A DNA stretch of 64,000 nt from Promethearchaeota archaeon (GTDB lineage Archaea; Asgardarchaeota; Lokiarchaeia; Sigyniarchaeales; SOKP01). The position numbers and the translations under genes were made by a program. The stretch spans positions 128,001-192,000 of the forward strand of contig JAHPZA010000001.1 of NCBI GenBank assembly GCA_019058445.1, given 5' to 3'. The first letter of the stretch is position 1; each line of letters opens with the position of its first letter. This document shows, piece after piece, positions 28,960 through 38,938 of this stretch. Below the pieces are notes generated by a model, which worked only from the letters and a program-made list of their open reading frames with translations, was not told the origin of the DNA and searched no databases.

Positions 28960-31164
28960 CTAATTTTTAATATAGATTTGTCCTATTCCTGATGTAAAGA
29001 TTTCATAGAATGGAACTGTTAAATCATAAATATTATTATTTTCATTATTAAATTCTATAGATTTTACTTTAGTGAAAGTATTTTTAGCAAATTTCATCCA
29101 TAACTTCTCAACAACAGGAGTATTATATTTCTTTTTTATAAGAAAACTCAATGTATCTAATAATTTTCCTTCAGATATATTCATTGTACTATTCTTTTGA
29201 GCACATCTCGCTGCGATATATGGAATTTTTCCTTTTTCAGATAACATTCTAAGAGATATAGCATAATTCTCTTTTAATTCTACATTCATTTTTTTCATCC
29301 ATGGATTTAAATCGATGACTGGTTCTATATCCCTCCCAAAATGTCCAATTTCTGGAATAGATGGAATAAACTTCCTTAATATAGATAGATTTCTTTTTCC
29401 TTTTATTTCTAAATGATAAGCATTATACCAACTAGGATGTTCTACATTATCAAATTCTCGTTTCCTAATATAAGATGAAATCCCTAAGCGTTTTAATAAA
29501 AAACTCAAACCAAAAACTAATTTGCGTGAAGATGTGTAAAAACTCACTAAAACATCTCTTCGTGGTGAGCCTTCACGTGTATATACTACTTCAGATCCGT
29601 CTCCTTCTAAATAAGCAGCGATAAAACCTTTCACACATTCAATGGGAGCATTATATAGAAATGAAGGAATTTCCTTAAACGGTGCTTTTTCAAGTTTTAA
29701 TCCTAATCCCGTTGAAAACATAGATTTAATTAGAATGGAATTACTATTGACGCTATATACAGTGTTATAATCCGCTTTATCATGTGTAGCAATATAAGGT
29801 GTATATCCAAAATTCCTTTCTATAAGAAATGCTACTTTTTCCATCTCAGTTTTATTATTTCCACAAGTGAACGTAATATGTTTCATAGAACCTTCGGAGC
29901 AGTAATGCCCTAAGATATATCCAACCTCGAAATTTTTCTCAACAAATCTAAAGGCTTTTGTTAATGCATTTTTAACATACTCAATGCCTTTCTCCACAAT
30001 AATTTCTCCACAATTACTAAAGTCTAAGGGGGAATCGTCTTCATTAACATCGATGACTCGAGGCATTAGAATTGGAGTTCCTTCTTTAACGTTTTCTGCT
30101 GTAATTTGGATTATATTAAGATTTTCATCAACAGAAAGTAGCTTATGTTGTTTTGATAACGATAATATCCCATGCTTCAATGTTAAATTTAATGAAAAAT
30201 CTCTATACTTTTTTTTAATTCCTTCAATGGGGATTTTTTTTAATTCAAAATTCTCGTCCAATCCAAAGATATAAGAGTTTTTATAATTTTCTATTTCTTT
30301 AATTTCTATTAGATTATATGAATTTGTATTTAAATCGAACAATAGAACGAGCTCGTTTTGCTGCATTTTAGAAAAAAGATTCTCTTCAATGGGGGTTCGT
30401 TCCTTCTCATACACATCATTAATTCGCTGAAGTTTATCTTCTTGGATAATTTCTTCATCAAAGAATACTTGATTATTTATTTCTTTTTCTTTAATATTCA
30501 CACTCGTTTCTAATCCAAAAAATTGGATTAAATCTTTTCGAATTACTTTTTCGAGGTTAAATAATCCCTCCTCAGTATCAATTTGACTCATTATTTTAAA
30601 TATTATTTCTATTATCCAACACAAGTAGACAAAAAAAGCCTTGCGGTATTTCTTGTTTTTTTTAATTTTCCTTTGGTATATTTTTAGTTCTGAGAGGAAT
30701 CCACTGTAGTTAGCATTTTCGAGATATTTCAAAATATTTAATATTGGTTTTTTAGTTATAATTGGAGTCAAATGAGCTTCAATTCTTTTAATTAGTTCAA
30801 TGGTTAGTTCCATTTGTGAAATCGGCGTGTTTACTTCTCTCTCAAATTTTTTTAATTTAACATAACTCATTCGAGCAATAAATAGAAGATAAGTATCCTT
30901 AAATCGTTGTGAAAATTCTGGATCGTAAATAATAAGCTCTAAGGCACTATTCAACTTATCATTATTATTTTTTTTATAAATTAATTGAACTTTATCAATA
31001 GTTTCAATCGAATAATTCTTAAAGTCAATTTTTTTGCCACATTCTGAGCAGAATATGAATTTTAAATCAATATTAGCAATATTTAAAATTGTATTCACTG
31101 TAATTAACATGCCACATTCTGGACAGTAAATATGTGTTTGTTTAAGTTTGTCTTTGCTTTTCAT
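28960..31164 (-). CDS. Zn-ribbon protein fused to an intein-derived Hint + LAGLIDADG homing endonuclease (no C-extein)
   Basis: CPECG/CSECG; intein-like blocks SKQH, AENVKEGTPILMPR, LGHYCSEGS, FIAAYLEGDGS, YDLTV; ends IYIKN-stop. Confidence 0.8.
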   Translation of the reverse strand: MKSKDKLKQTHIYCPECGMLITVNTILNIANIDLKFIFCSECGKKIDFKNYSIETIDKVQLIYKKNNNDKLNSALELIIYDPEFSQRFKDTYLLFIARMSYVKLKKFEREVNTPISQMELTIELIKRIEAHLTPIITKKPILNILKYLENANYSGFLSELKIYQRKIKKNKKYRKAFFVYLCWIIEIIFKIMSQIDTEEGLFNLEKVIRKDLIQFFGLETSVNIKEKEINNQVFFDEEIIQEDKLQRINDVYEKERTPIEENLFSKMQQNELVLLFDLNTNSYNLIEIKEIENYKNSYIFGLDENFELKKIPIEGIKKKYRDFSLNLTLKHGILSLSKQHKLLSVDENLNIIQITAENVKEGTPILMPRVIDVNEDDSPLDFSNCGEIIVEKGIEYVKNALTKAFRFVEKNFEVGYILGHYCSEGSMKHITFTCGNNKTEMEKVAFLIERNFGYTPYIATHDKADYNTVYSVNSNSILIKSMFSTGLGLKLEKAPFKEIPSFLYNAPIECVKGFIAAYLEGDGSEVVYTREGSPRRDVLVSFYTSSRKLVFGLSFLLKRLGISSYIRKREFDNVEHPSWYNAYHLEIKGKRNLSILRKFIPSIPEIGHFGRDIEPVIDLNPWMKKMNVELKENYAISLRMLSEKGKIPYIAARCAQKNSTMNISEGKLLDTLSFLIKKKYNTPVVEKLWMKFAKNTFTKVKSIEFNNENNNIYDLTVPFYEIFTSGIGQIYIKN

Positions 31165-31339
31165 ACTAATGAAATAAATTACTTATATTTAAAACAAAAA
31201 AAAGTTTTAAAATTGATTTCAATATGAGATAAAGCACGTTGGTATTAATAAAAAATTCAGAGAGTCATCAAATTTTTAGAGTTATATTTGCTCCCTAATA
31301 TAAAGATTTAATTGAATCTGTAACACTTTTGATGATATA

Positions 31340-32086
31340 ATGCGAATTGGCGGAATAATTGATATTTCTACAAAAGATATTCCAAATAAAGCATGCATGG
31401 TTATCTTTACTAATGGGTGTAATTTTAATTGCGAATTTTGTCATAACAAACATTTATTACAAAATAATCGCGGTAAAATTATAAAAGTAGAAGAGTTAAT
31501 GAAACTAATAAATAATAACCTACTAGTTAATAGTTTAAGTATCACAGGGGGCGAACCGACGCTTCAGGAGGATTTAGTAGAGTTATGTAGAGAAATCACT
31601 AAGTTAGGGAAATATCTAAGTATAGATACTAACGGTTCTAGACCTGAAATCATTCAAAAAGTTATTCCATATATTAATAGAATTGCTTTAGATATAAAAG
31701 CACCGTTAAAGCAACATCAATTAGAGAGAGTTGCTAGAAAAAGTATAGACCCTACGTTAATTACTCAGACATTTCTTATGCTAAATACCAGTAAGACTAT
31801 TGATTTTGAAATTAGGACCACTTATGCTGAAAACTTATTGACACCAGGGGATATTCATGAGATAATTTTCTTTCTTAAGGAGCATAATTTTAGAGGCAAT
31901 TATGTCTTACAACAATATAACTATTCTGAGGGGGTGGGTAAAGAGTTTAGAAATAAGTTTCATAAGCCGTCGCATCTTTCTTTAGTCAATATTCTTGGTT
32001 CTTATAAAAATCGCAATGTACCTTTTGAAATTTATTTAAGAGATGATATTGTTGGGTATTGCATGCTTAAAGAAATATTTAATTAA
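31340..32086 (+). CDS. nrdG: Anaerobic ribonucleotide reductase activating radical SAM protein
   Basis: FTNGCNFNCEFCHN, ITGGEPTLQ, IDTNGS, LDIKAP, EIRTT; near nrdD. Confidence 0.9.
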   Translation: MRIGGIIDISTKDIPNKACMVIFTNGCNFNCEFCHNKHLLQNNRGKIIKVEELMKLINNNLLVNSLSITGGEPTLQEDLVELCREITKLGKYLSIDTNGSRPEIIQKVIPYINRIALDIKAPLKQHQLERVARKSIDPTLITQTFLMLNTSKTIDFEIRTTYAENLLTPGDIHEIIFFLKEHNFRGNYVLQQYNYSEGVGKEFRNKFHKPSHLSLVNILGSYKNRNVPFEIYLRDDIVGYCMLKEIFN

Positions 32087-32187
32087 ATTGACTAAGCTAA
32101 AATGCATTTAAAAGATAACGATTAGATCGGTATTATGAATCCCTTTTTGTATTTTTAATTTAAATATTTTTAAGATATATTGTTATT

Positions 32188-32505
32188 ATGAGTGAAACAA
32201 AATCATTAGCATCAATTCAAGAGAAAATTGATAAGTTTATAGAGAATCATGGGGGATATTGGCCTCCTCTTTCCATGCTTAGTGCGTTAATGGAAGAGAT
32301 CGGAGAATTAGCACGTGAAATAAATCATTTAGAAGGTTTTAAACCAAAAAAAACTACAGAAACGCAAATTGATATAGGGGAAGAACTTGGGGATATTCTA
32401 TTTGCAATTATATGTTTAGCAAATTTCTACAATATCGATTTACATGAAAAAATAAATGAAATTATTGACAAATACCGAAATAGAGATTCTACACGGTTTA
32501 TTTAA
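32188..32505 (+). CDS. MazG-like nucleotide pyrophosphohydrolase
   Basis: EEIGELARE...EELGDILF motifs. Confidence 0.9.
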   Translation: MSETKSLASIQEKIDKFIENHGGYWPPLSMLSALMEEIGELAREINHLEGFKPKKTTETQIDIGEELGDILFAIICLANFYNIDLHEKINEIIDKYRNRDSTRFI

Positions 32506-32640
32506 GAGGAGAGAGGTAATTAAATCTTTCTTTTTATTCAATTAGGGAAGAATAGATTATAATATTTTAATTCAATAGATAATTCTAACTTTTAATCAAT
32601 TAGAAATAGATAAACGGAAATATTCACATATAATAGAGAA

Positions 32641-33822
32641 ATGCTAAGAGAAGGCTTAAAGAAAAGTGAGATCATAAGATTGTTGGAAAAAAAACTATCT
32701 TTGGATTATTCTTATGAATCAGGATATATTTTAGGATCAATGTGCTCTGAGCCGATTGATTTTGGAAAAGAATTATATGTCAAATATCTCTCTAAAAATT
32801 TGGGAGATCCTGGCCTATTTCAAGGAACAGCAGCCTTGGAAAAGGAATTGATTTCTGAGATTGGAATGCTTTTTGGTGGAAAAGATATTATTGGATCGAT
32901 AACTACTGGAGGAACAGAAGCAAATATAATGGCTATGCGAATAGCCAAAAAACTTCGACCTGACATTGAGAATCCTGAGTTTATAGTACCCCGTTCTGCT
33001 CACGTATCTTTTGATAAAGGGGAGGATATAATGTGTGGAGGTATAAAGCTTCGAAAGGCGAACTTGGATAAGAATTTTAAATTAGACATTCATCATTTTG
33101 AATCTCTTATAAATAAGAACACTTGTGGGGTGTTAGGAATAGCGGGAACAACATCATTAGGGATTGTTGATCCTATAAAAGAAATAGGAAGAATTATTGA
33201 AGGAAAAGATATTTTTTTTCATGTTGATGCTGCATTTGGAGGTTTTGTTCTCCCTTTTCTAAGTGAATTAGGTTATCAAGTGCCTCCTTGGGATTTTGGT
33301 GTAAAACAAGTAAATTCTATAACAGCAGACCCCCATAAAATGGGTCTTGGACCGATACCAACAGGGGGGTTTTTTTTAAGAGATTCTTCTGTTATGAATA
33401 GGGTCGGTTTTGATATCCCTTATTTAGCAGGAGGTAATTTCAAACATTTCCATCTTGTTGGAACTAGACTTGGAGGGCAGGTAATTGCGTTTTGGGCAAT
33501 TCTTAAGTATTTAGGAATAGAGGGTTTTGTTAAAATTGTTAAGGATTGTATGGAGAATACATTTTATTTAGTAAAATTAATATCTGAGATTAAAGGAATT
33601 AAACTTGCGGCTACTCCTGAAATGAATATTTTGGGAATTACCACTGAAAGTGGAAATAAAATAAATGAAATTGATGAGGAACTTCGAAAACGAAATTGGA
33701 TGGTTGGAAAATTCATTGATTTTAATTTAATCAGAGTAGTCATCATGCCCCATGTAAATCAAAACCATTTATTAAAATTTGCTAATGAATTGGAGGATAT
33801 TACAAAAAACTTAAAAATTTAA
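32641..33822 (+). CDS. mfnA: PLP-dependent tyrosine/aspartate decarboxylase
   Basis: ILGSMC, NLGDPGLF, TTGGTEAN, HVDAAFGG, ADPHK. Confidence 0.9.
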   Translation: MLREGLKKSEIIRLLEKKLSLDYSYESGYILGSMCSEPIDFGKELYVKYLSKNLGDPGLFQGTAALEKELISEIGMLFGGKDIIGSITTGGTEANIMAMRIAKKLRPDIENPEFIVPRSAHVSFDKGEDIMCGGIKLRKANLDKNFKLDIHHFESLINKNTCGVLGIAGTTSLGIVDPIKEIGRIIEGKDIFFHVDAAFGGFVLPFLSELGYQVPPWDFGVKQVNSITADPHKMGLGPIPTGGFFLRDSSVMNRVGFDIPYLAGGNFKHFHLVGTRLGGQVIAFWAILKYLGIEGFVKIVKDCMENTFYLVKLISEIKGIKLAATPEMNILGITTESGNKINEIDEELRKRNWMVGKFIDFNLIRVVIMPHVNQNHLLKFANELEDITKNLKI

Positions 33823-33832
33823 GTGAATTTTT

Positions 33833-34447
33833 TTAATTCTCTAAATCATCCCATGATTTTAATTCAAATGTGTTCACTTTTTTACCAATTATATTTGAAA
33901 TTATATCTATTTTTTTTATTATTAATGTATCTGAAATATTTTCCTTTTCATATATAAAAGTTAAATTATAATTACTCCAATTTTCATTATCTAGCTGTCT
34001 TATAAGACTTTTGCATTTTTTATTTATATTTTCTAACGCTTTTTCTGATAAATTAGGATTAACAATCTTATAATCTTCCACCGATAAAGGTCCACCTGAA
34101 ACGATTATATTACGGGGATCGATACCAATGCTTTTTAACTTTTTCTTTGAAGAATTAGCTGAAATTAAAATTTTCATATTATTTTTTACCAATTTTAGAA
34201 GAGTGCTTTTAATATCTTCTGAGTCCTCATATACTCTTTTATTTTCAGTACTTAAATAGGCAGAAAAGACTGGTTTGAGCTTTTGGTGAAGTGATTCTAA
34301 TTTTGAGAGAAAGGTTTGATACATTGTCTCACTTAAATTGTAATTTGGAACAATTTCTCGAATTATTACTTTGATATCAATTAAGTCATCAATTGCCGCT
34401 AAAAGTGCTTTAACTTCCTCTGAATTTAGGTTTTTCATTTTGAACAT
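33833..34447 (-). CDS. DUF2100-like protein
   Basis: KKKLKSIGIDPRNIIVSGGPLSVEDYKIVNP motif. Confidence 0.7.
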   Translation of the reverse strand: MFKMKNLNSEEVKALLAAIDDLIDIKVIIREIVPNYNLSETMYQTFLSKLESLHQKLKPVFSAYLSTENKRVYEDSEDIKSTLLKLVKNNMKILISANSSKKKLKSIGIDPRNIIVSGGPLSVEDYKIVNPNLSEKALENINKKCKSLIRQLDNENWSNYNLTFIYEKENISDTLIIKKIDIISNIIGKKVNTFELKSWDDLEN

Positions 34448-34567
34448 CCAATTATATTAACATTAGTAAGGAAAAATATTAAAAAAAGATATTTAAAGGG
34501 AAAAATTAATTTAATATTTAGTAAATAAATATTTGGCATAATTATTTCTAAAGATTTGAATTAGAGA

Positions 34568-35260
34568 ATGGGAAAAGAAAAAAAGCCTAAACTTGGAATA
34601 AAGACAGCTAGATATTATACAAAAAAATGTGATAATTGTAATTCTGAATACCCCAACTGGTTCACTAATTGTCCTAACTGTGGAAAAGCTTGGGATGAAG
34701 TAAAAGAAATACAAGATGCCAGTGGAAATCTTAAGAAAAATATAAAAATTGTTGTAAAGATCACTGAAGAGGATTTTACTGAAGCGATTAATATTGTTAA
34801 ATTAATATTTAGTGCAAATCAAGGACAAAACTGGTATCAGATAAAGATGGATATGAAAATGGATTATTTCATCGCTGAGATCGCTGAAGTACCTATTGGA
34901 TCAGTCATAATGTATTATATTGAAGTCAGATTGGAAAACGGTGAGACTTTCATAGAAAATAATAATGGGCAATATTTTTTTTATAAAGTTGGTTCTACTA
35001 TCGAAGAAAATGAAACAGAACCATTTGAATCTGAGGCAAACTTAATAAATGAGAATATAACAGATTCACAAATTCCCGTTCAAAATTATAAAGAAGATTT
35101 ACAAACTGTTAATGATAATCAACCTGCCAGTAACAATAATACAACTATTTTTGGAAAACCGCAGACTCAAGTTGATCCCAATTTAAAAGTATGTCCTCAT
35201 TGTAATTCAAAAATAAAGAAAATGTGGAGTAAATGTCCTTTATGCGGTAAGGACGTTTAA
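34568..35260 (+). CDS. Protein with N- and C-terminal Zn ribbons and a central beta-rich domain
   Basis: CDNC...CPNCG and CPHC...CPLCG. Confidence 0.75.
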   Translation: MGKEKKPKLGIKTARYYTKKCDNCNSEYPNWFTNCPNCGKAWDEVKEIQDASGNLKKNIKIVVKITEEDFTEAINIVKLIFSANQGQNWYQIKMDMKMDYFIAEIAEVPIGSVIMYYIEVRLENGETFIENNNGQYFFYKVGSTIEENETEPFESEANLINENITDSQIPVQNYKEDLQTVNDNQPASNNNTTIFGKPQTQVDPNLKVCPHCNSKIKKMWSKCPLCGKDV

Positions 35261-35344
35261 GAATTCAGAATTTTTACGAAGTAAGGCTCTTTTTACTTAT
35301 TCTAACCTTCTTTTACATAGAAATTTAAATTAATTTAATAAAAA

Positions 35345-37135
35345 TTATTGTAACTTAGCACCACATTTGTTACAAAATGCATAATCTGAAGACAGCATCG
35401 CCCCGCAATATTGACAGATTAGAATGTCTTTTCGGGTGCTTCGAGTGCTTGAAGGTTCAGATTTCTCCGGAATTGAGGTTTCTGGAGAAGTATCGAATAT
35501 TTCTGGTAGAGGTGCACTACTTGGAGCTTGAGCTGCGCCTTTATCAATATCTGCTACGTTAGGAATTATCCTAAGACTTGAGGTTTGTTTTTCATCAGAT
35601 GGTGCTTTATCTCCAAATGGGATAAATGAGGTACCGTGAGTGGAAGCTGGCTGTTCTGTTTTTTGACTTAAAGTTTGAAATAAGGTTGGTGTATCAGATT
35701 CCCTTTTTTCAGGTTCAGCTGTTTGAAATGGCACGATTGTCTCCTGTTTTTCTTGAGGAGCTGCTTGAAATGCCATAAGAGGTTTAGTTTCTGCTTGAAT
35801 TTCCTGTAGTGCTTCTTTTTTTTCTTTTTTCCCTACTTTTTGCATTTCTTCTTTAAGTTTTGCAGCTTTCTCTCTTTTTTTTTTAAGTTTCTTCTCCTTT
35901 TCTTCTTTTTTCTTCTGTTTCTCTAATTTTTTTCGTTCTTTCTTAGATATTATAGTTTCAGGCATATAATCTACAAGGAGTTCAGATACGGGTTCTGGTG
36001 TTTTAAATTCCTCTGGACCGGGTGCTGGAACTGGAATACTTGATGTGAAAGGAATTGCTTTAGGTTTATAAGCAGGAGGTTCTGATGATACTGATACTTC
36101 AGATTTCATACCAAATTGAGTAGGGATTTCTTCTTTTTGAACTTCCTCAGATAATATTTGTTCTGGTGTTTTAAATTCAAATTCCATTGTATCTTTTGCC
36201 GTGGGTTCTAATGAGGTTGTGGGTATAGTTTCTCTTATTGGTACCGGTTCTGGAACAGGTGGTGTTGTAAAATCAATCTCTGGCTCAGGCTCAAAGGTTT
36301 TTGCCGGTTCTGGAACAGGTGGTGCGGCAAAATCAATCTCTGGCTCGGGTTCAAAGGTTTTTGCCGGTTCTGGAACAGGTGGTGCGGCAAAATCAATCTC
36401 TGGCTCGGGTTCAAAGGTTCTTGCTGGTTCTGGAACAGACGGTGCAATAAATTGAGTATCTGGTTTGGGTTCAAGCACAGGGGTGGAAACCTTAGCATCA
36501 GGTTGAATTCCCGAGATGAGTTCTGCAGGTGCAGTAGATGGTGCGGAGAAAGCTTGACCTGGACTATATACAGTACCTTCAGAAATTAGTTGATCTGGAA
36601 TTCCTGATCCCACCATTAAACATGCTAGGATATAGAAGCAATCTCCAACCCCTTCTCCAGTTTTAGCTGAAGTTTCCATATAATATAGATTAAATTTTTG
36701 AGTAAAACTATTAATTTCCTCATTTGATAAGGATCGTTCATCAATCAAATCGCTTTTGTTGCCAACAAGAAGTAACGGTATTTCTGTTTTGATATTTGCC
36801 CTTACTTCCTCAATCCATTGTGGTAAATGCTCAAAACTTTCATATGACGTCAAATCAAAGATTAACAAACCACCCAATGAGCCTCTGTAATACATCGGTC
36901 TAATTGAACTAAATCGCTCTTGACCACCGGTATCCCAGATTTGTAATTTAACCTTTATAGGTCCTTCTTCTTCGGTATCTATTGATATTGTCTTTACGTG
37001 AAAATCTACGCCAATTGTCATTTTATAATCTTCCGTGAAAAACCCTTTGCTAAACCGAATTGTTAAAGCAGTTTTTCCAACTCCACCATCTCCAACGACA
37101 ATACATTTAAATAGATAATCGTATTCATCAGCCAT
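35345..37135 (-). CDS. Rab-like small GTPase with Pro/Glu-rich repeat linker, Lys/Glu-rich helix and C-terminal Zn ribbon
   Basis: GDGGVGKT, TIGVDF, WDTGGQE, NKSD, ETSAK; C-terminal CQYCG...FCNKCG. Confidence 0.9.
   Translation of the reverse strand: MADEYDYLFKCIVVGDGGVGKTALTIRFSKGFFTEDYKMTIGVDFHVKTISIDTEEEGPIKVKLQIWDTGGQERFSSIRPMYYRGSLGGLLIFDLTSYESFEHLPQWIEEVRANIKTEIPLLLVGNKSDLIDERSLSNEEINSFTQKFNLYYMETSAKTGEGVGDCFYILACLMVGSGIPDQLISEGTVYSPGQAFSAPSTAPAELISGIQPDAKVSTPVLEPKPDTQFIAPSVPEPARTFEPEPEIDFAAPPVPEPAKTFEPEPEIDFAAPPVPEPAKTFEPEPEIDFTTPPVPEPVPIRETIPTTSLEPTAKDTMEFEFKTPEQILSEEVQKEEIPTQFGMKSEVSVSSEPPAYKPKAIPFTSSIPVPAPGPEEFKTPEPVSELLVDYMPETIISKKERKKLEKQKKKEEKEKKLKKKREKAAKLKEEMQKVGKKEKKEALQEIQAETKPLMAFQAAPQEKQETIVPFQTAEPEKRESDTPTLFQTLSQKTEQPASTHGTSFIPFGDKAPSDEKQTSSLRIIPNVADIDKGAAQAPSSAPLPEIFDTSPETSIPEKSEPSSTRSTRKDILICQYCGAMLSSDYAFCNKCGAKLQ
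36244..36475. repeat. Coding tandem repeat, 60 bp unit, ~3.9 copies (20 aa unit FEPEPEIDFAAPPVPEPAKT)
   Basis: Near-identical consecutive 60-mers in lines 36241, 36301 and 36361, degenerate copy in line 36421. Confidence 0.95.
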
Positions 37136-37376
37136 TAAATGTCCACTATAAAAATTTTATTTCATAAAATTAATTCAAACTATATAAGTTACAACTATTA
37201 ATATAAATATATATTTTTATTTTTACCGTTAAATTATTATTTGATGAAGATAAGCCTAAGAAATTTATACAAAATAATGAAATTGTAAGAAAATGAAAAC
37301 TCTTTAATGTAGAGAAATTTTATTTTCCCTAGTAAAGTAATCTTAGCGTAATTTAGTAAATATAATTCAAAAGAAA

Positions 37377-38723
37377 GTGATATTCTTGTTAAAAAAAAGA
37401 GATGAACCCTATCTCCAAATCGCTCTAGATTTAATAAATAAACACAGAGCTTTACAAATAGCAGAGGAAGGCGTCAATGGAGGTGTAGATTGGATAGAAG
37501 CGGGAACACCGCTTATTAAATCTGAAGGTATGGATATTTTAAGAGTTTTACATAAAAAATTTCCAAATAAAGTATTAGTTGCTGATATGAAGACGGTTGA
37601 TGGGGGATCGATTGAAATTGAAATTGCAGCAAAATCAGGTGCTAACATAGTATTAATGCTAGGGGGGAGTGATAATGCTTCTGTTACAGAAGCAGTTGAA
37701 GCTGCTGAAAAATATGGAGTGATGTTAGGTTGCGATACTATTGATATAATCCCTGAGAGACTTGTAGAGAGAGCTTTAGAGTTGGAGGAATTAGGGGTAA
37801 ATATGATATGTTCTCACGTAGGGGTAGATCAACAAGTAATATATGGGGGTGAGAAAACCCTCGAGGTGGCAAAAAAATTAAAGGAAAAATTAAAACCAAC
37901 AACTTGGTTAGCAATAGCTGGAGGTATTAATAGTGAAACGGCTGCGATAGCTAAGGAAATTGGAGTTGATGTCATAATAGTAGGAGGAGCACTTTACAAA
38001 TCTCAAAGCCCTGAAGATTCGGCGAGAAAAATAAAAGAAGCCATAAAACTTGCTAAACCTTTAGAAACCAGCTTATTTAAAAAATATGATGAGGCCCATA
38101 TTCGTGAAGCTTTAATGAAAGTTTCAACACCTAATATATCTGATGCCATGCATCGTTCAGGAGAATTAAAAGGTTTAAAGCCTGTGTGGATTGGAACCGA
38201 GGATTATCCATTGAAATTCGCGGGTACCGCCTATACAGTTAGAGCTTACAATGGAGATTGGAGTAAGCCAGTGGAAGCGATAGAAGAAGCAAGTAAAGGT
38301 GATGTAATAGTAATTGATGCTTGTGAAGGAAAGGACGCAGTATGGGGTGAATTAGCATCATGGAGTTGCAAAGTTAAAGGTATTGAAGCCGTTATAATTG
38401 ATGGCGCAGTGAGGGATATTGACGATATAAGAAAAATAAAATTCCCCGCTTTTGCCCGTTATTTTACACCAACTGCTGGCGAGCCTAGAGGTTTGGGGGA
38501 AACAAATGTGAGTATTGTATGTGCGGGTCAACATATAAATCCTGGAGATTGGATAGTTGGAGATGATTCTGGTGTTGTAGTGATTCCTAAGAAAAAAGCA
38601 CAAGAAATGGCAAATAGGGGGATTGATGTAATGGAAAAAGAGAATCGAATTCGTGAAGAAATAAAGCGAGGATCTACGCTTTCTGAAGTTATGTATCTTA
38701 AAAAATGGGAGAAACAAAAATAA
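37377..38723 (+). CDS. hxlA: 3-hexulose-6-phosphate synthase fused to an RraA/MenG-like domain
   Basis: LQIALD, IEAGTPLIKSEG, ADMKTVD; C-terminal WGEL...DGAVRD...GDDSGVVVIP. Confidence 0.88.
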   Translation: MIFLLKKRDEPYLQIALDLINKHRALQIAEEGVNGGVDWIEAGTPLIKSEGMDILRVLHKKFPNKVLVADMKTVDGGSIEIEIAAKSGANIVLMLGGSDNASVTEAVEAAEKYGVMLGCDTIDIIPERLVERALELEELGVNMICSHVGVDQQVIYGGEKTLEVAKKLKEKLKPTTWLAIAGGINSETAAIAKEIGVDVIIVGGALYKSQSPEDSARKIKEAIKLAKPLETSLFKKYDEAHIREALMKVSTPNISDAMHRSGELKGLKPVWIGTEDYPLKFAGTAYTVRAYNGDWSKPVEAIEEASKGDVIVIDACEGKDAVWGELASWSCKVKGIEAVIIDGAVRDIDDIRKIKFPAFARYFTPTAGEPRGLGETNVSIVCAGQHINPGDWIVGDDSGVVVIPKKKAQEMANRGIDVMEKENRIREEIKRGSTLSEVMYLKKWEKQK

Positions 38724-38768
38724 ATGATATTCCCTTATTCTTTAACAATTATTTTATTTTAAAAGTTA

Positions 38769-38866
38769 AGCCAGAGGTGAGATTTGAACTCACGATAATC
38801 AACTCTGCAGGCTGACGCTATCGGCATTTTTTTAAAAAAAATTCGACCGGGCTAAGCGACTCTGGC
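38769..38866 (-). tRNA. tRNA-Cys(GCA) with 24 nt intron at ~22/23
   Basis: Acceptor GCCAGAG/CTCTGGC with U73; anticodon arm TCAGC-CTGCAGA-GTTGA; T arm GTGAG-TTCAAAT-CTCAC; removing 38820-38843 restores D stem GCTT/GAGC. Confidence 0.92.
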
Positions 38867-38938
38867 ATAAAATATCTAAACTAAAAAATAAAGATATAGA
38901 TATAATAATTAAGATTAAATTTTAATTTTTTGTTTAAT

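Noticed and set aside
28960-31164. Functional intein in a host protein
   Set aside because: No C-extein, no N-terminal Cys/Ser in register, and no penultimate His
36244-36475. 60 bp repeats as a CRISPR array
   Set aside because: Head-to-tail with no unique spacers, in frame within a CDS, and no cas genes nearby
1711-38866. tRNA genes as integration sites for the island
   Set aside because: No duplicated tRNA 3' ends seen; the island boundaries map to nrdD
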